NCBI GenBank assembly: GCA_964429665.1
Contig: CAYSDO010000001.1
Coordinates: 1-56,877 of the forward strand
Source: an uncultured Bifidobacterium sp.
Lineage (GTDB): Bacteria; Verrucomicrobiota; Verrucomicrobiia; Limisphaerales; JADLHS01
Length of the DNA: 56,877 bases
Reading direction: 5' to 3'
The translations under genes and the position numbers were made by a program. Every line of letters begins with the position of its first letter. Within the stretch, counting starts at the first letter, position 1. Below the pieces are notes generated by a model. It saw only the letters and a program-made list of their open reading frames with translations. It had not been told where the DNA came from and ran no database searches. This document shows, piece by piece, positions 23,820 to 33,247 of this stretch.

Positions 23820-24377
23820 TTGAAGATACTCGTCGCCATCACCGGAGCCAGCGGCTCACTCTACGCGCAGAGGTTGCTGGACAACCTTGATCCCCGCCAG
23901 CACGAGCTCCATGTGGTGATGAGCAACTACGCGCAGCAAGTCATCGCAGAAGAGCTGCCCGGTGGTTTGTGTCTGCCGGAAGGCGTGAAGCCGCACGGCC
24001 TGAAGAGCATGAACGCCCCGTTCGCGAGCGGATCAAATCCGCCGGATGTGATGGTGGTGATTCCCTGCACAATGGGAACGCTAGGTCGCATCGCACACGG
24101 TTATAGCGAGGACGTTCTTCTACGTGCTGCCGATGTCGTCTTGAAGGAGAGAAGGAAATTGATACTCGTCCCGCGCGAGATGCCGTTGAATCTCGTTCAC
24201 GTAAAAAATTTCGAGCTGCTTATTCAAGCCGGCGCGCTCATCCTTCCCGCCAATCCTTCCTTCTACACCCGTCCACAAACCGTCGAGCAGGTCGTGGACA
24301 CTGTTGTTGCGCGAGTGCTTGATCACATCGGCATTCCCAACAAGCTTGCGCCACGTTGGGCACAGGAGCAGGAATAG
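23820..24377 (+). CDS. ubiX: flavin prenyltransferase UbiX
   Basis: TTG start. 'KILVAITGASGSLYAQRLL...VVIPCTMGTLGRIAHG...LILVPREMPL'. Confidence 0.9.
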   Translation: MKILVAITGASGSLYAQRLLDNLDPRQHELHVVMSNYAQQVIAEELPGGLCLPEGVKPHGLKSMNAPFASGSNPPDVMVVIPCTMGTLGRIAHGYSEDVLLRAADVVLKERRKLILVPREMPLNLVHVKNFELLIQAGALILPANPSFYTRPQTVEQVVDTVVARVLDHIGIPNKLAPRWAQEQE

Positions 24378-24406
24378 TTACAACTCTCCTTCCGAATTGT
24401 GTGTTC

Positions 24407-25525
24407 CTATTTGACGGCATCCATGACTGCTTCGACCACACGCTCCACGCTGATGTTGTTCATGCAGCGGAAATCAATTGGACACTCACGTAGAAAGCAC
24501 GGCGAACATGGTGCATCCGATTTCAGCAAACGATGACGTGGGTCGCCCGGTAGCCCAGGCCCTGTGAGTTCTGGCGAAGTGCTGCCAAACGGAACAACCA
24601 CTGGAGTTCCCAAGGCGGCCGCGACGTGCATTGGGCCCGTATCATTGGTCAGTAGAACACGGGAAAGTTTCAGGAGTGCCATCAGTTCGCGAAGCGAGGT
24701 CTGGCCGGCCAGATTCCTGGTGTACGGCGCATGTTGCGCGATTCCTGCAGAGACGCGTGCCGCGAGTTCAGAGTCGGCTTTGCCGCCGAGGATCAACCAT
24801 TGGCAATTTGTCTGCCTATGAACCTCCACGGCAGCAGCAGTGAACCGTTCGGCGGGCCAGCGTTTCGCGGGGCCGTATTCGGCGGCGGGATTCAACGCGA
24901 AACTTGGTGCGGAACAGTTTTCCAAATCAAACTTCTTCTTTGCGGCGGCGATTTCTTCATCCGTCACGGCAAGCATTGGTGGCAACGCCGATCCGTCTGC
25001 GCCGAGGGCGGCCACCAGATGCAGGTATTGGTGGATGTGGTGGGCGGAAGGACTTGTTATCGCAGGAATGACAGACTTAGAGTTGCCCGCGACGAGTTGC
25101 TGCACGTCACTGTCCTTCAGTTTACGCATCTTCACCGCGCCTGTGCGTGATGGAACAACAACGGTGAGAAACCAGTTCCGCCACGGCCATGCGCCGCCGA
25201 CGCGCCAAGGGATGCCTGCGAGAAAGACTTCCAATGCCGAACGCGGGGAGTTCGGAAGCACGAGTGCCATATTAAAATTCCCCGCGCGCAGTTTCCGACT
25301 TACGGTGAACAACCCTTCTCCAGCGCCGAATGAAATGATCTCGTCCACTGCCGGGTGGTGCAAATAAAGGTCACGCAGTTTTTCAGGAGTGAGCAGCGTG
25401 ATGTGCGCGGCGGTAAAGTGTTTGCGTAACCGCATCAGCGCGGGCGTGGTCATCACGGCATCGCCAAGCCAGTTCACTCCTCGCACGAGGATGCGGCGTG
25501 GGGGCGGATGGACGTTCACCGGCAT
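24407..25525 (-). CDS. waaF: ADP-heptose:LPS heptosyltransferase (GT9)
   Basis: 'ILVRGVNWLGDAVMTTPALMRLR' and C-terminal 'LLTNDTGPMHVAAALGTPVV'. Confidence 0.85.
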   Translation of the reverse strand: MPVNVHPPPRRILVRGVNWLGDAVMTTPALMRLRKHFTAAHITLLTPEKLRDLYLHHPAVDEIISFGAGEGLFTVSRKLRAGNFNMALVLPNSPRSALEVFLAGIPWRVGGAWPWRNWFLTVVVPSRTGAVKMRKLKDSDVQQLVAGNSKSVIPAITSPSAHHIHQYLHLVAALGADGSALPPMLAVTDEEIAAAKKKFDLENCSAPSFALNPAAEYGPAKRWPAERFTAAAVEVHRQTNCQWLILGGKADSELAARVSAGIAQHAPYTRNLAGQTSLRELMALLKLSRVLLTNDTGPMHVAAALGTPVVVPFGSTSPELTGPGLPGDPRHRLLKSDAPCSPCFLRECPIDFRCMNNISVERVVEAVMDAVK

Positions 25526-25541
25526 GATGGCTGGCTGCAGT

Positions 25542-26732
25542 TCATTTGAAACAAATCTTCCTCACGCAATCACGAAAGTCATCCGCGCCGGCGACGATCT
25601 TGATTTCCACGCGCATGAAAAAGATTGGAAGATCGCGCCGGTCGAGTTTAGGAAAGCGAACGGCATCCTTTTGGGTGGTGATGATGATCTCGGCCTGCCG
25701 TTTTTTTCCACGATTGATGCCGTTCAAGATTTCCTGTTGCGTGAACCGGTGATGATCCGCGAAACGCTTGGAGTAGACCAGTTCGGCGCCGAGATGTACC
25801 AGGCTTTGTTCGAAACTCTCCGGCTGGGCGATGCCGCTCAGTGAAGCAATCTTCTTTCCCTTGATGAAATCAAGTGTCTGGCGTTCGCCAGTAAAAACGT
25901 CTTCGAGATACATCGGACTGTGGACACACTCGATCACGGCGGCGCTGGGGTTCAGTGAAGCAATGCGTGCGCGCAATTCCCCGCAATTGCCATCGCTCTT
26001 CGTAATAAAGATCGTGTTTGCGCGGGAGAGATGCGACGGCGGCTCGCGCAGTGTTCCGCGCGGCAGCATGTGTTCGTTGCCAAATGGTTGTTGACGGTCT
26101 ATGAGAACTACATCATGCCGGCGACCGCGCAAATCCCAGTATTGATAACCGTCATCCAGCAGCAATGTGTCGCAGCCAAACTTTTCAATCGCATAGCGCC
26201 CGCTTTTTACGCGGTCCTTGTCCACCAACACCACGACATCTTTGAGGTTTGAAGCCAGCATGTGCGGTTCATCTCCTGCCATTTCTGAATCAAGCAGGAG
26301 CGACTTGCCGTCCGATACAACGCGCGGTGGTGTGGATTCGCGACGAAACAAAAGCCGGTCGAGCAAGGACGTATGCAGAGGTGGCGGCTTGGAACGGTAG
26401 CCGCGAGAGAGAATGGCGACGTTGCGTCCCTCATCCCGCAGTTCGCGGGCGAACCGTTCCACCACCGGGGTCTTGCCCGTGCCTCCAACCGTCAGATTGC
26501 CAACGGCGATGACCTGCACCCCGAGCGTAGCATCTCGCAGGATGCGGACATTGTAGAGGAACAGGCGCAGCTTGACTGCGACTGTAAAAAGTTTTGAACT
26601 GCCAAAGAGCAGCCCGCGCACAATCGAAGCAAGCTTGCCGCGTCGCTCTTCGAAGATGACTTCGAGAACAAACGTTTCAACGACTTCTGTCCAGGCGCGC
26701 AATTGCTCTCGCATGTGGCTTAATGTTGCCAA
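25542..26732 (-). CDS. lpxK: tetraacyldisaccharide 4'-kinase
   Basis: P-loop 'VGNLTVGGTGKTPVVE', then 'ILSRGY' and 'LLDDGYQ'. Confidence 0.9.
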   Translation of the reverse strand: MATLSHMREQLRAWTEVVETFVLEVIFEERRGKLASIVRGLLFGSSKLFTVAVKLRLFLYNVRILRDATLGVQVIAVGNLTVGGTGKTPVVERFARELRDEGRNVAILSRGYRSKPPPLHTSLLDRLLFRRESTPPRVVSDGKSLLLDSEMAGDEPHMLASNLKDVVVLVDKDRVKSGRYAIEKFGCDTLLLDDGYQYWDLRGRRHDVVLIDRQQPFGNEHMLPRGTLREPPSHLSRANTIFITKSDGNCGELRARIASLNPSAAVIECVHSPMYLEDVFTGERQTLDFIKGKKIASLSGIAQPESFEQSLVHLGAELVYSKRFADHHRFTQQEILNGINRGKKRQAEIIITTQKDAVRFPKLDRRDLPIFFMRVEIKIVAGADDFRDCVRKICFK

Positions 26733-26894
26733 GCACGTGAGGTCGGAGCAAGGACGCGCACAAATACAGGATTGAATGACTAGTCGTTCGTTTTCTCCGT
26801 AATCACTCGTCTTGCTTAGGTCAGCCGGTCATGGTAAGAATTAGCCGTCGCGCGACCGGAATGAAGTTCAACCTCCTGCCGCCCGACTCCGTCA

Positions 26895-27569
26895 ATGAGC
26901 ACCGCAAAGAAAAAAATAAAGATTCTGATCGTGGATGATCATCCGGTCGTCCGCAAAGGCCTTCAATCCTGCCTTGCTGCGAAGGACAACCTCAAAATTG
27001 TCGGTGAAGCAAGCGCTGGCGCCGACGCCATCAGGCTGGCAAAGGAACAACAACCGGACATTGTGCTTGTGGACATGCAGATGCCCGGGATGGATGGACT
27101 GGCGCTCACCGAAGCGTTAAAGAAGGAAGCTCCTGCCGTAAAGGTGTTGATTCTTTCCATGCAGGGACAACGTGATGCCGTGCTGCGCATCATCCGGGCC
27201 GGAGCGCGCGGTTACGTGCTCAAGGATGCCCCCACCGATGAACTCGTACGCGCCATCGAGACGGTGTATGGCGGTGAAGCTTATTTCAGCGGACCCGTTG
27301 CCAAGATCGCGCTCAACCAGTACGTCAACGACGCGGACGAAACCCAACCCGTCGCAAAACTCAGCGACCGTGAACGCCAGGTGCTGGCACTGATCGCCGA
27401 AGGCAAGAGCAACAAGGAAATTGCGATGCATCTGGGCATTGGCGTGCGCACCACCGAAACCCATCGCGAACGCATCATGCGCAAGCTGGACATCCATAGC
27501 GTCGCAGGGTTGACCAAGTTCGCCATCGCCAGCGGCATCTCCTCGCTCGAAGACGAGAACAAGTCCTGA
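26895..27569 (+). CDS. NarL/LuxR-family response regulator
   Basis: Intact REC ('ILIVDDHP', 'IVLVDMQMPGMDG', 'KVLILS', 'YVLKD') plus HTH 'LSDRERQVLALIAEGKSNKEIA'. There is no kinase gene next to it. Confidence 0.9.
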   Translation: MSTAKKKIKILIVDDHPVVRKGLQSCLAAKDNLKIVGEASAGADAIRLAKEQQPDIVLVDMQMPGMDGLALTEALKKEAPAVKVLILSMQGQRDAVLRIIRAGARGYVLKDAPTDELVRAIETVYGGEAYFSGPVAKIALNQYVNDADETQPVAKLSDRERQVLALIAEGKSNKEIAMHLGIGVRTTETHRERIMRKLDIHSVAGLTKFAIASGISSLEDENKS

Positions 27570-27606
27570 CGCGTACAGCCAACATTTCCATGCGCGGTCT
27601 TGTCGG

Positions 27607-28269
27607 ATGAAATCGTCGCGATTTATTTTCGTTACCGGCACGGACACGGACGTGGGAAAGACCGTTTTCGCGGCGGACTTGACGCGAACCCTCATTCAAC
27701 TCGGCGCCCGGGTTGTCGCGCTCAAACCCATCTGTTCAGGCGGACGCGACGATGCTCGTAAACTCCGGTTGGCAGCAGGAAACGCGCTTTCGCTCGACGA
27801 CGTCAATCCATGGCACTTTCGGGCTGCGTTGTCGCCAGACCTCGCCGCGCGCAGGGAGAAAAAGCACGTACGGCTGGCTGCGTTGGTTGCGCACGCAGAA
27901 AAAATGGCGCGCCGTTACGAACTTGTTGTGGTGGAAGGCGCAGGCGGATTGCTCAGTCCGTTGGGAGAGGGATTTGATTCTCGCGATCTGATCGTGGCGT
28001 TGCGCGCCAGGCCGATCATCGTCTGTCCGAATCGTCTGGGCGCTGTGAATCAAGTGCGACTGGTCCTGGAGGCATTGCCGGTCGCGTATGCAAAACAGGC
28101 GCGCATCGTTCTTGTGAACCCGCCGCGCGCTGATGCACCAAGCAGGTCCAATCGGCTGCTGCTCGCAAAGTTTTTCCCAGTGGATCGAATTTTTGAGATG
28201 CCTTGGTTGAAACGGACGCGAACGCTGAACCCCAAGGCTCGTTCAAAATCACGTCGCCGGACGAAATAA
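27607..28269 (+). CDS. bioD: dethiobiotin synthase
   Basis: 'FVTGTDTDVGKTV' P-loop and 'VVVEGAGGLLSPL'. Confidence 0.85.
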   Translation: MKSSRFIFVTGTDTDVGKTVFAADLTRTLIQLGARVVALKPICSGGRDDARKLRLAAGNALSLDDVNPWHFRAALSPDLAARREKKHVRLAALVAHAEKMARRYELVVVEGAGGLLSPLGEGFDSRDLIVALRARPIIVCPNRLGAVNQVRLVLEALPVAYAKQARIVLVNPPRADAPSRSNRLLLAKFFPVDRIFEMPWLKRTRTLNPKARSKSRRRTK

Positions 28270-28314
28270 TCCGTCATTGCTCCAGCCTGTTATTGCCGGT
28301 TCAATGTTGCCTAG

Positions 28315-29088
28315 ATGATGGCTAAACGAGTCATTCCATGTCTCGACGTTCACGACGGTAAGGTCACTCGCGGCGTGCAATTCGGCGTCGCTGAGAAGGG
28401 CGGTTTGCGCAACGTAGGCGATCCTGTCGAACTCGCGCTCCGCTACAACGAACAAGGTGCGGACGAGATGGTGTTCTTCGACATCACCGCCACCGCGCAT
28501 GGCCGCGGCACGATGGTGGACGTGATCGAGCGCGCAGCCGACCAATGCTTCATGCCGCTCACCGTCGGCGGCGGGATCAAGTCCGTGGACGACATGTACA
28601 CGATGCTACGCGCCGGTGCGGACAAGACGAGCATCAACTCCAGCGCGCTCGCCAACCCTGAACTCATTCGGCAAGGCGCGGAAAAATTCGGCAGCCAGTG
28701 CATCGTGGTATCGATTGACGCCAAGCGCGTCGCGCCGGACAGATGGGAAGTTTTCTCGCACGGCGGCCGCAAAGCCACCGGGCTCGACGCCATTGAATGG
28801 GCGAAGAGAGCCGTGTCGCTCGGCGCGGGCGAAATCGTGTTGAACTCGATAGACGCCGACGGTACGAAAGCCGGCTTCGACCTTGTCATTACCCGCCGCA
28901 TCAGCGAATCCGTGGGCGTGCCCGTGGTGGCCAGCGGCGGTGCGGGCAGACTCGAACACATGGCCGAGGTGCTGCTCGAAGGCAAAGCCGACGCCGTCCT
29001 CGCCGCGAGCATTTTCCATTTTGGCACCTACACCGTCGGCGACGTGAAACAGTTTTTGGCGAAGCAGAAGATTCCGGTGAGGCTGTGA
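28315..29088 (+). CDS. hisF: imidazole glycerol phosphate synthase cyclase subunit
   Basis: '[19 protein letters not shown]...PLTVGGGI...DKTSINSSA...[15 protein letters not shown]...VVASGGAG'. Confidence 0.95.
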   Translation: MMAKRVIPCLDVHDGKVTRGVQFGVAEKGGLRNVGDPVELALRYNEQGADEMVFFDITATAHGRGTMVDVIERAADQCFMPLTVGGGIKSVDDMYTMLRAGADKTSINSSALANPELIRQGAEKFGSQCIVVSIDAKRVAPDRWEVFSHGGRKATGLDAIEWAKRAVSLGAGEIVLNSIDADGTKAGFDLVITRRISESVGVPVVASGGAGRLEHMAEVLLEGKADAVLAASIFHFGTYTVGDVKQFLAKQKIPVRL

Positions 29089-29090
29089 CT

Positions 29091-29546
29091 ATGGAATGGC
29101 TGGCCATTATCCAAACTGCCGTAACTGAGTTTGATGCCTTTTTGAAAAGCAGCACATGGCATGGCCGTGAAAATGAAGTGGTCAATCTGTTCGCACATCG
29201 TTTTCTCGCAAATGCGATTTCAGCGGACGGACAGTTTCGTTCATTACGTCAGATAGGCATTGAGGTGGCTGTTCGCCAAGTTGCAGACTCGCAAAAAGAA
29301 TATGTCCGCAAAGACTTGGTGATTTGGCCGCATGAAGATATGACCGTGTGGGTTGGAACGGGTGTTCCCGCTGTCGTCATGGAATGGAAACGGAATAACA
29401 CGAAGGAGTGTAAGAAGGACGTGGAGTGGTTAGAAAAGTTTTGCACCAAGAATCCCGGAGTGCTAGGCGTTTCTGCGTGCGCCACACTTAAAAGCCCAAA
29501 TCGAGGCTGTCAAATTGTTGCGACAACAATGTCGCCCTCAAAATAG
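29091..29546 (+). CDS. hypothetical protein with a PD-(D/E)xK-like motif
   Basis: ATG lies 2 nt after the hisF stop. 151 aa. Motif elements 'GIEVAV' (E58), 'RKDLVIW' (D75) and 'VVMEWK' (E98-x-K100). Visibly more A/T-rich than its neighbours: 26 G+C in the first 60 nt versus 32 for hisF. Confidence 0.5.
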   Translation: MEWLAIIQTAVTEFDAFLKSSTWHGRENEVVNLFAHRFLANAISADGQFRSLRQIGIEVAVRQVADSQKEYVRKDLVIWPHEDMTVWVGTGVPAVVMEWKRNNTKECKKDVEWLEKFCTKNPGVLGVSACATLKSPNRGCQIVATTMSPSK

Positions 29547-29550
29547 ATTT

Positions 29551-29907
29551 ATGAGCGAACTCATCCAAACCCGCTGGTTTCCCATCGCGCTGTTGTCCTG
29601 CTCGAACGTTTTCATGACGTTCGCGTGGTATGGGCATTTGAAACATAAGAGCGCACCGCTCGTAACGGTCATCCTCGCAAGCTGGGGTATTGCGTTCTTC
29701 GAATACATCCTGATGGTGCCGGCGAATCGCTGGGGCAACTCGTATTACTCGGCAACACAACTCAAGATCATCCAGGAGGTCATCACGCTCACGGTGTTCT
29801 GCGGTTTCGCGATGCTGTATCTCGGCGAGAGGATCCGCTGGAATCACGTTGCCGCCTTTGTGTGCATCCTCGCGGCAGTGGCGTTCACGTTCCTGCCGAA
29901 GGAGTGA
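29551..29907 (+). CDS. DMT-superfamily small membrane protein (DUF486)
   Basis: 'SNVFMTFAWYGHLKHKSAPL...WGIAFFEYILMVPANR...QLKIIQEVITL'. Confidence 0.75.
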   Translation: MSELIQTRWFPIALLSCSNVFMTFAWYGHLKHKSAPLVTVILASWGIAFFEYILMVPANRWGNSYYSATQLKIIQEVITLTVFCGFAMLYLGERIRWNHVAAFVCILAAVAFTFLPKE

Positions 29908-29923
29908 AGTCAAACGGAGTGAC

Positions 29924-29949
29924 GCGAATTTCACGAATTAACACGAATT
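29924..29949. repeat. three direct (G/A)CGAATT units at 9-10-nt phasing
   Basis: gcgaatt (29924), acgaatt (29933) and acgaatt (29943). An inverted aattcg lies at 29985-29990. The array sits about 110-130 nt upstream of murJ. Confidence 0.5.
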
Positions 29950-30054
29950 GAGCACAAGCCGGTTAAGTTCGCGCCATTTGGCGTAATTCGGTCCGAGTGG
30001 AATTGTTCATTCTTGGTTTCTTCTAAGAGACGAACTCCATAGACTCCGCGCGCG

Positions 30055-31620
30055 ATGTCGCAAATGCTCAAGTCTTCCGGCGCAATGGCCGCCGCCACCC
30101 TGACCAGCCGTGTGCTGGGCATGGTGCGTGAAATGGCCTACGGCTGGTTCATGGGCACGAGCTGGATCGCCGATGCATTTCAAGTCGCTTTGTCCATCCC
30201 GAGTCTTTTCCGCCGTCTGCTGGGTGAAGGCGCACTTACTGCGGCGTTCATTCCCATTTTCAAGGAGAAGGAGCGCACGGGCACGGAGGAGGAATTGTGG
30301 CGCGCGGCAAATGCCGTGATCTCGGGGCTGATCGTGGCATTGGCGGTGATTGTGGCTTTCGGGTTGTTGATCGTGTCCGCGGCACTTGCGGCACATGATT
30401 TCACGCCGCGCGTGGACCTGATGCTGCGTCTGCTGCGGGTGATGTTTCCGTACATGTTTTTTGTGTGCCTCGCTGCTGTGTTCATCGGCATCCTGAACGC
30501 ACGTGGACATTTCTTCATCCCCGCAATGGGCGCGACGATGCTGAACGTGGTGATGATTGCGTCGGTGTTCCTGCTGACTCCCATCTGGCCGGGCGACAAA
30601 GCGGACAAGGTGTTTGCGCTCGCATTTGGCGTAGTGGTGGCAGGCGTGGCGCAGGCTTTGTTTCAACTACCGTCGTTGAGACGGGAGGGATTCAACTACA
30701 AGTGGGTCACGCCCTGGCGAGACGAAACGGTGCGCAATGTGGTGCGCAAGATCATCCCGGGCACAATCGGCGTGGCCGCATTTCAAATCAACGTACTTGT
30801 GGTGCAGAACCTCGGACTGGTGCTTGGAGCTGCGAACGGTCCGATCATCTCCCCGTTCAACTACGCCGTGCGTTTGATGGAACTGCCACAGGGTGTGTTT
30901 GGAATCTCGCTTGCCACGTATCTCTTGCCGACACTGGCCGGTCTGGCAGCGGAAAAGAAATTTGACGAGTTCCGCGCAAGCGTGCGACACGGCATCGCGC
31001 ATCTGTTGTTCGCCAACGTGCTGTGCGCCGTGTTGCTCATTGTGCTGGCGGAACCGGCGGTTCGGTTGATTTTCGAGCGCGGGAGTTTTACTGTGGAATC
31101 CACACACGCCACGGCGCTGGCCTTGCAGTGGTTGAGCGCGAGCCTGATTGGCTACTCGCTCGTGAACATTTTCGCGCGCGCATTCTACGCGCTGGGCGAC
31201 ACACGCACTCCGATGAAGATCAGCGTTGTTTGCCTCGTGGTAAATCTGGTCTGTGCCGTTGTACTGGTGTTCCCACTCAAGCAGGGCGGATTCGGCCTCG
31301 CCAACACGATCAGCTCAACACTCAATTGCGGATTGCTGCTGTTCGCGCTGCTAAAGAAACTCAAGTCCCTCAGCCTCGCAGCGCTGCGGCCAGGGCTGAT
31401 ACAGCTCATCATTGCGATGGCCATCGCCGGCCTGACCGCGTGGGCTACAAGTCGGGAGTGGGAGCAAACAATAGGACATGCCGGGTTGCACAAACGCATC
31501 GGTGCTGTGTTTGTGCCGGGAGCGCTGGCGGCAGGAGTGTATTTTGGCATCGCGCTGGTGGCAAAAGTCCCGGCTGCCGTGGAGATGTGGGAACTCTGGC
31601 GAAAACGGCAATCGAGATAG
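30055..31620 (+). CDS. murJ: lipid II flippase MurJ
   Basis: 'TLTSRVLGMVREMAYGWFMGTSWIADAFQVALSIPSLFRRLLGEGALTAAFIPIF'. About 14 TM helices. Confidence 0.9.
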   Translation: MSQMLKSSGAMAAATLTSRVLGMVREMAYGWFMGTSWIADAFQVALSIPSLFRRLLGEGALTAAFIPIFKEKERTGTEEELWRAANAVISGLIVALAVIVAFGLLIVSAALAAHDFTPRVDLMLRLLRVMFPYMFFVCLAAVFIGILNARGHFFIPAMGATMLNVVMIASVFLLTPIWPGDKADKVFALAFGVVVAGVAQALFQLPSLRREGFNYKWVTPWRDETVRNVVRKIIPGTIGVAAFQINVLVVQNLGLVLGAANGPIISPFNYAVRLMELPQGVFGISLATYLLPTLAGLAAEKKFDEFRASVRHGIAHLLFANVLCAVLLIVLAEPAVRLIFERGSFTVESTHATALALQWLSASLIGYSLVNIFARAFYALGDTRTPMKISVVCLVVNLVCAVVLVFPLKQGGFGLANTISSTLNCGLLLFALLKKLKSLSLAALRPGLIQLIIAMAIAGLTAWATSREWEQTIGHAGLHKRIGAVFVPGALAAGVYFGIALVAKVPAAVEMWELWRKRQSR

Positions 31621-31709
31621 GTTCATACCAAGAGGTAGTGTCCGATTTGCGTATAAGTCCTCGTTTGACGCGTTAAGTTTGTATGTTACGCTGGGCTTGG
31701 TAATACATC

Positions 31710-32039
31710 ATGAGCGCCAGAAAAATTCAAAGCATCGGCTCTGCGGAACAGAGCGTAACCGTAACAGCCAGGCAGGCAAATCTCACTCTTTCCCCGGAAT
31801 CCGTGATAATCCGCAAGGGAGGAATTGAATTTCGTTCCGAAACGCCTTTCCCCCAATGGGTCGAAATGACCGTGGCTATCGAATCCCCACAGGAAGGTGG
31901 CAAGGTCAATTGTTCCGGCGTGGTGGTGGATTGTTCCGGCAACAAACACACCGGCTACCATGTTTCGATGGTTTTCACGGGCGTAAGCAAACAGGCGGAG
32001 GCCCGCCTCCATACCATGAGCCGTCCTTTTGCTGGCTGA
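31710..32039 (+). CDS. small PilZ-like beta-barrel protein (tentative)
   Basis: 109 aa. The C-terminal half 'VNCSGVVVDCSGNKHTGYHVSMVFTGVSKQAEARL' resembles the PilZ barrel. No clear RxxxR motif. A strong terminator follows. Confidence 0.45.
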   Translation: MSARKIQSIGSAEQSVTVTARQANLTLSPESVIIRKGGIEFRSETPFPQWVEMTVAIESPQEGGKVNCSGVVVDCSGNKHTGYHVSMVFTGVSKQAEARLHTMSRPFAG

Positions 32040-32058
32040 CAATCACTTTCGAGCAATC

Positions 32059-32096
32059 AAAGCCGGGCAACGCATGTTGCCCGGCTTTTTTGTTTT
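32059..32096 (+). terminator. Rho-independent terminator
   Basis: AGCCGGGCAAC-gcat-GTTGCCCGGCT followed by TTTTTTGTTTT. Confidence 0.85.
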
Positions 32097-32136
32097 CCGC
32101 GTTGGACGGGCGCGCGGTGTTTGCTAGGCTGCGGGC

Positions 32137-33228
32137 ATGGAACTCTTCTACAAGATTTTGAAAACGGCCGTGGAGGGTCACGCTTCGGACGTCCATCTGA
32201 AGATCGGCACGCCTGTTGTCTTCCGCATTCACCGCGAGTTGGTGGCGATTGAATGTCCCCACCCCACCGAACAATGGATGAACCAGGTTGTCGCCACCAT
32301 CACACCGCCACATCTCAAGAAGAAGGCCGATGAGGAGCGCGAGGTTGATTTCTCCTACTACAACCCCGAGATTGGCCGCTTCCGCACGAACCTGTTTCAA
32401 CAGCGCGGCCAGTGGTGTCTGGCAATGCGCTATGTGAAGACGCAAGTGCCGAGCTTTCAGGAATTGGGACTGCTCGATCAGGTCAAGCGCATCGCAGAAT
32501 CGCCGCGCGGCATCGTGCTTGTGGCGGGTTCAACCGGATGTGGCAAGTCCACCACGCTCGCGGCCATGATCGAGCACATCAACGCCAACTACAAAAAACA
32601 CATCATCACGCTGGAGGATCCGATCGAGTACGTCTTCGAGGACAATCAATCCGTGCTCGAACAGCGCGAGGTGGGGCTCGACACGCTTTCATTCCATCAC
32701 GCGCTCAAACACGTCCTCCGCCAGGACCCGGACATCATCATGATTGGTGAAATGCGCGATGACACCAGTTTCACCGCAGCCATGAGCGCAGCGGACACAG
32801 GCCATCTGGTACTTTCCACGCTCCACACCACCAACGCCCCGCAATCCATCAGCCGCGTTCTGGATTTCTTCCAGGCCGCCGAGCGGGAACAGGTACGACG
32901 CCAGCTCGCCGGCACATTGCAGGCCGTCATCTGTCAGCGCATGGTGACAACCATTGCCGGCGCCATGACGCCCGCTGTGGAAATCATGATCAACACCCCG
33001 ACCGTTCGGAAACTCATCGAGGAAAACAGGCTGGACAAGCTGGGTGCGGCCATTGAAACCGGCGTTGACGACGGCATGATCAACTTCAATCAGGCGCTGT
33101 TCAATCTGGTGAAGGCGGGCAAGGTGAGCGAGAAGGACGCCATGGCCAAGGCGAGCAACCCACAGGCGCTTGAAATGAACTTCAAAGGAATCTTCCTCGA
33201 CGAAGGCCGCAGGATTCTCGGCGGCTAA
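32137..33228 (+). CDS. pilT: type IV pilus retraction ATPase PilT family
   Basis: 'ASDVHL', Walker A 'GSTGCGKSTTLAAMI', 'LRQDPDIIMIGEMRD' and 'TGHLVLSTLHT'. Confidence 0.9.
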   Translation: MELFYKILKTAVEGHASDVHLKIGTPVVFRIHRELVAIECPHPTEQWMNQVVATITPPHLKKKADEEREVDFSYYNPEIGRFRTNLFQQRGQWCLAMRYVKTQVPSFQELGLLDQVKRIAESPRGIVLVAGSTGCGKSTTLAAMIEHINANYKKHIITLEDPIEYVFEDNQSVLEQREVGLDTLSFHHALKHVLRQDPDIIMIGEMRDDTSFTAAMSAADTGHLVLSTLHTTNAPQSISRVLDFFQAAEREQVRRQLAGTLQAVICQRMVTTIAGAMTPAVEIMINTPTVRKLIEENRLDKLGAAIETGVDDGMINFNQALFNLVKAGKVSEKDAMAKASNPQALEMNFKGIFLDEGRRILGG

Positions 33229-33247
33229 CACCGGAGACGCGCTGGCT

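Noticed and set aside
28797-29090. The long N-terminal extension of the 29091-29546 ORF (track start 28797).
   Set aside because: It runs through the hisF coding region in another frame and is Arg-rich nonsense. ATG 29091 follows the hisF stop.
26895-29907. The idea that the NarL-type regulator, bioD, hisF, the orphan ORF and the DUF486 gene form a functional 'system'.
   Set aside because: The genes are merely co-oriented, with 37-45-nt gaps between the first three. Their functions are unrelated housekeeping. Only the orphan ORF is unusual, and it is reported separately.
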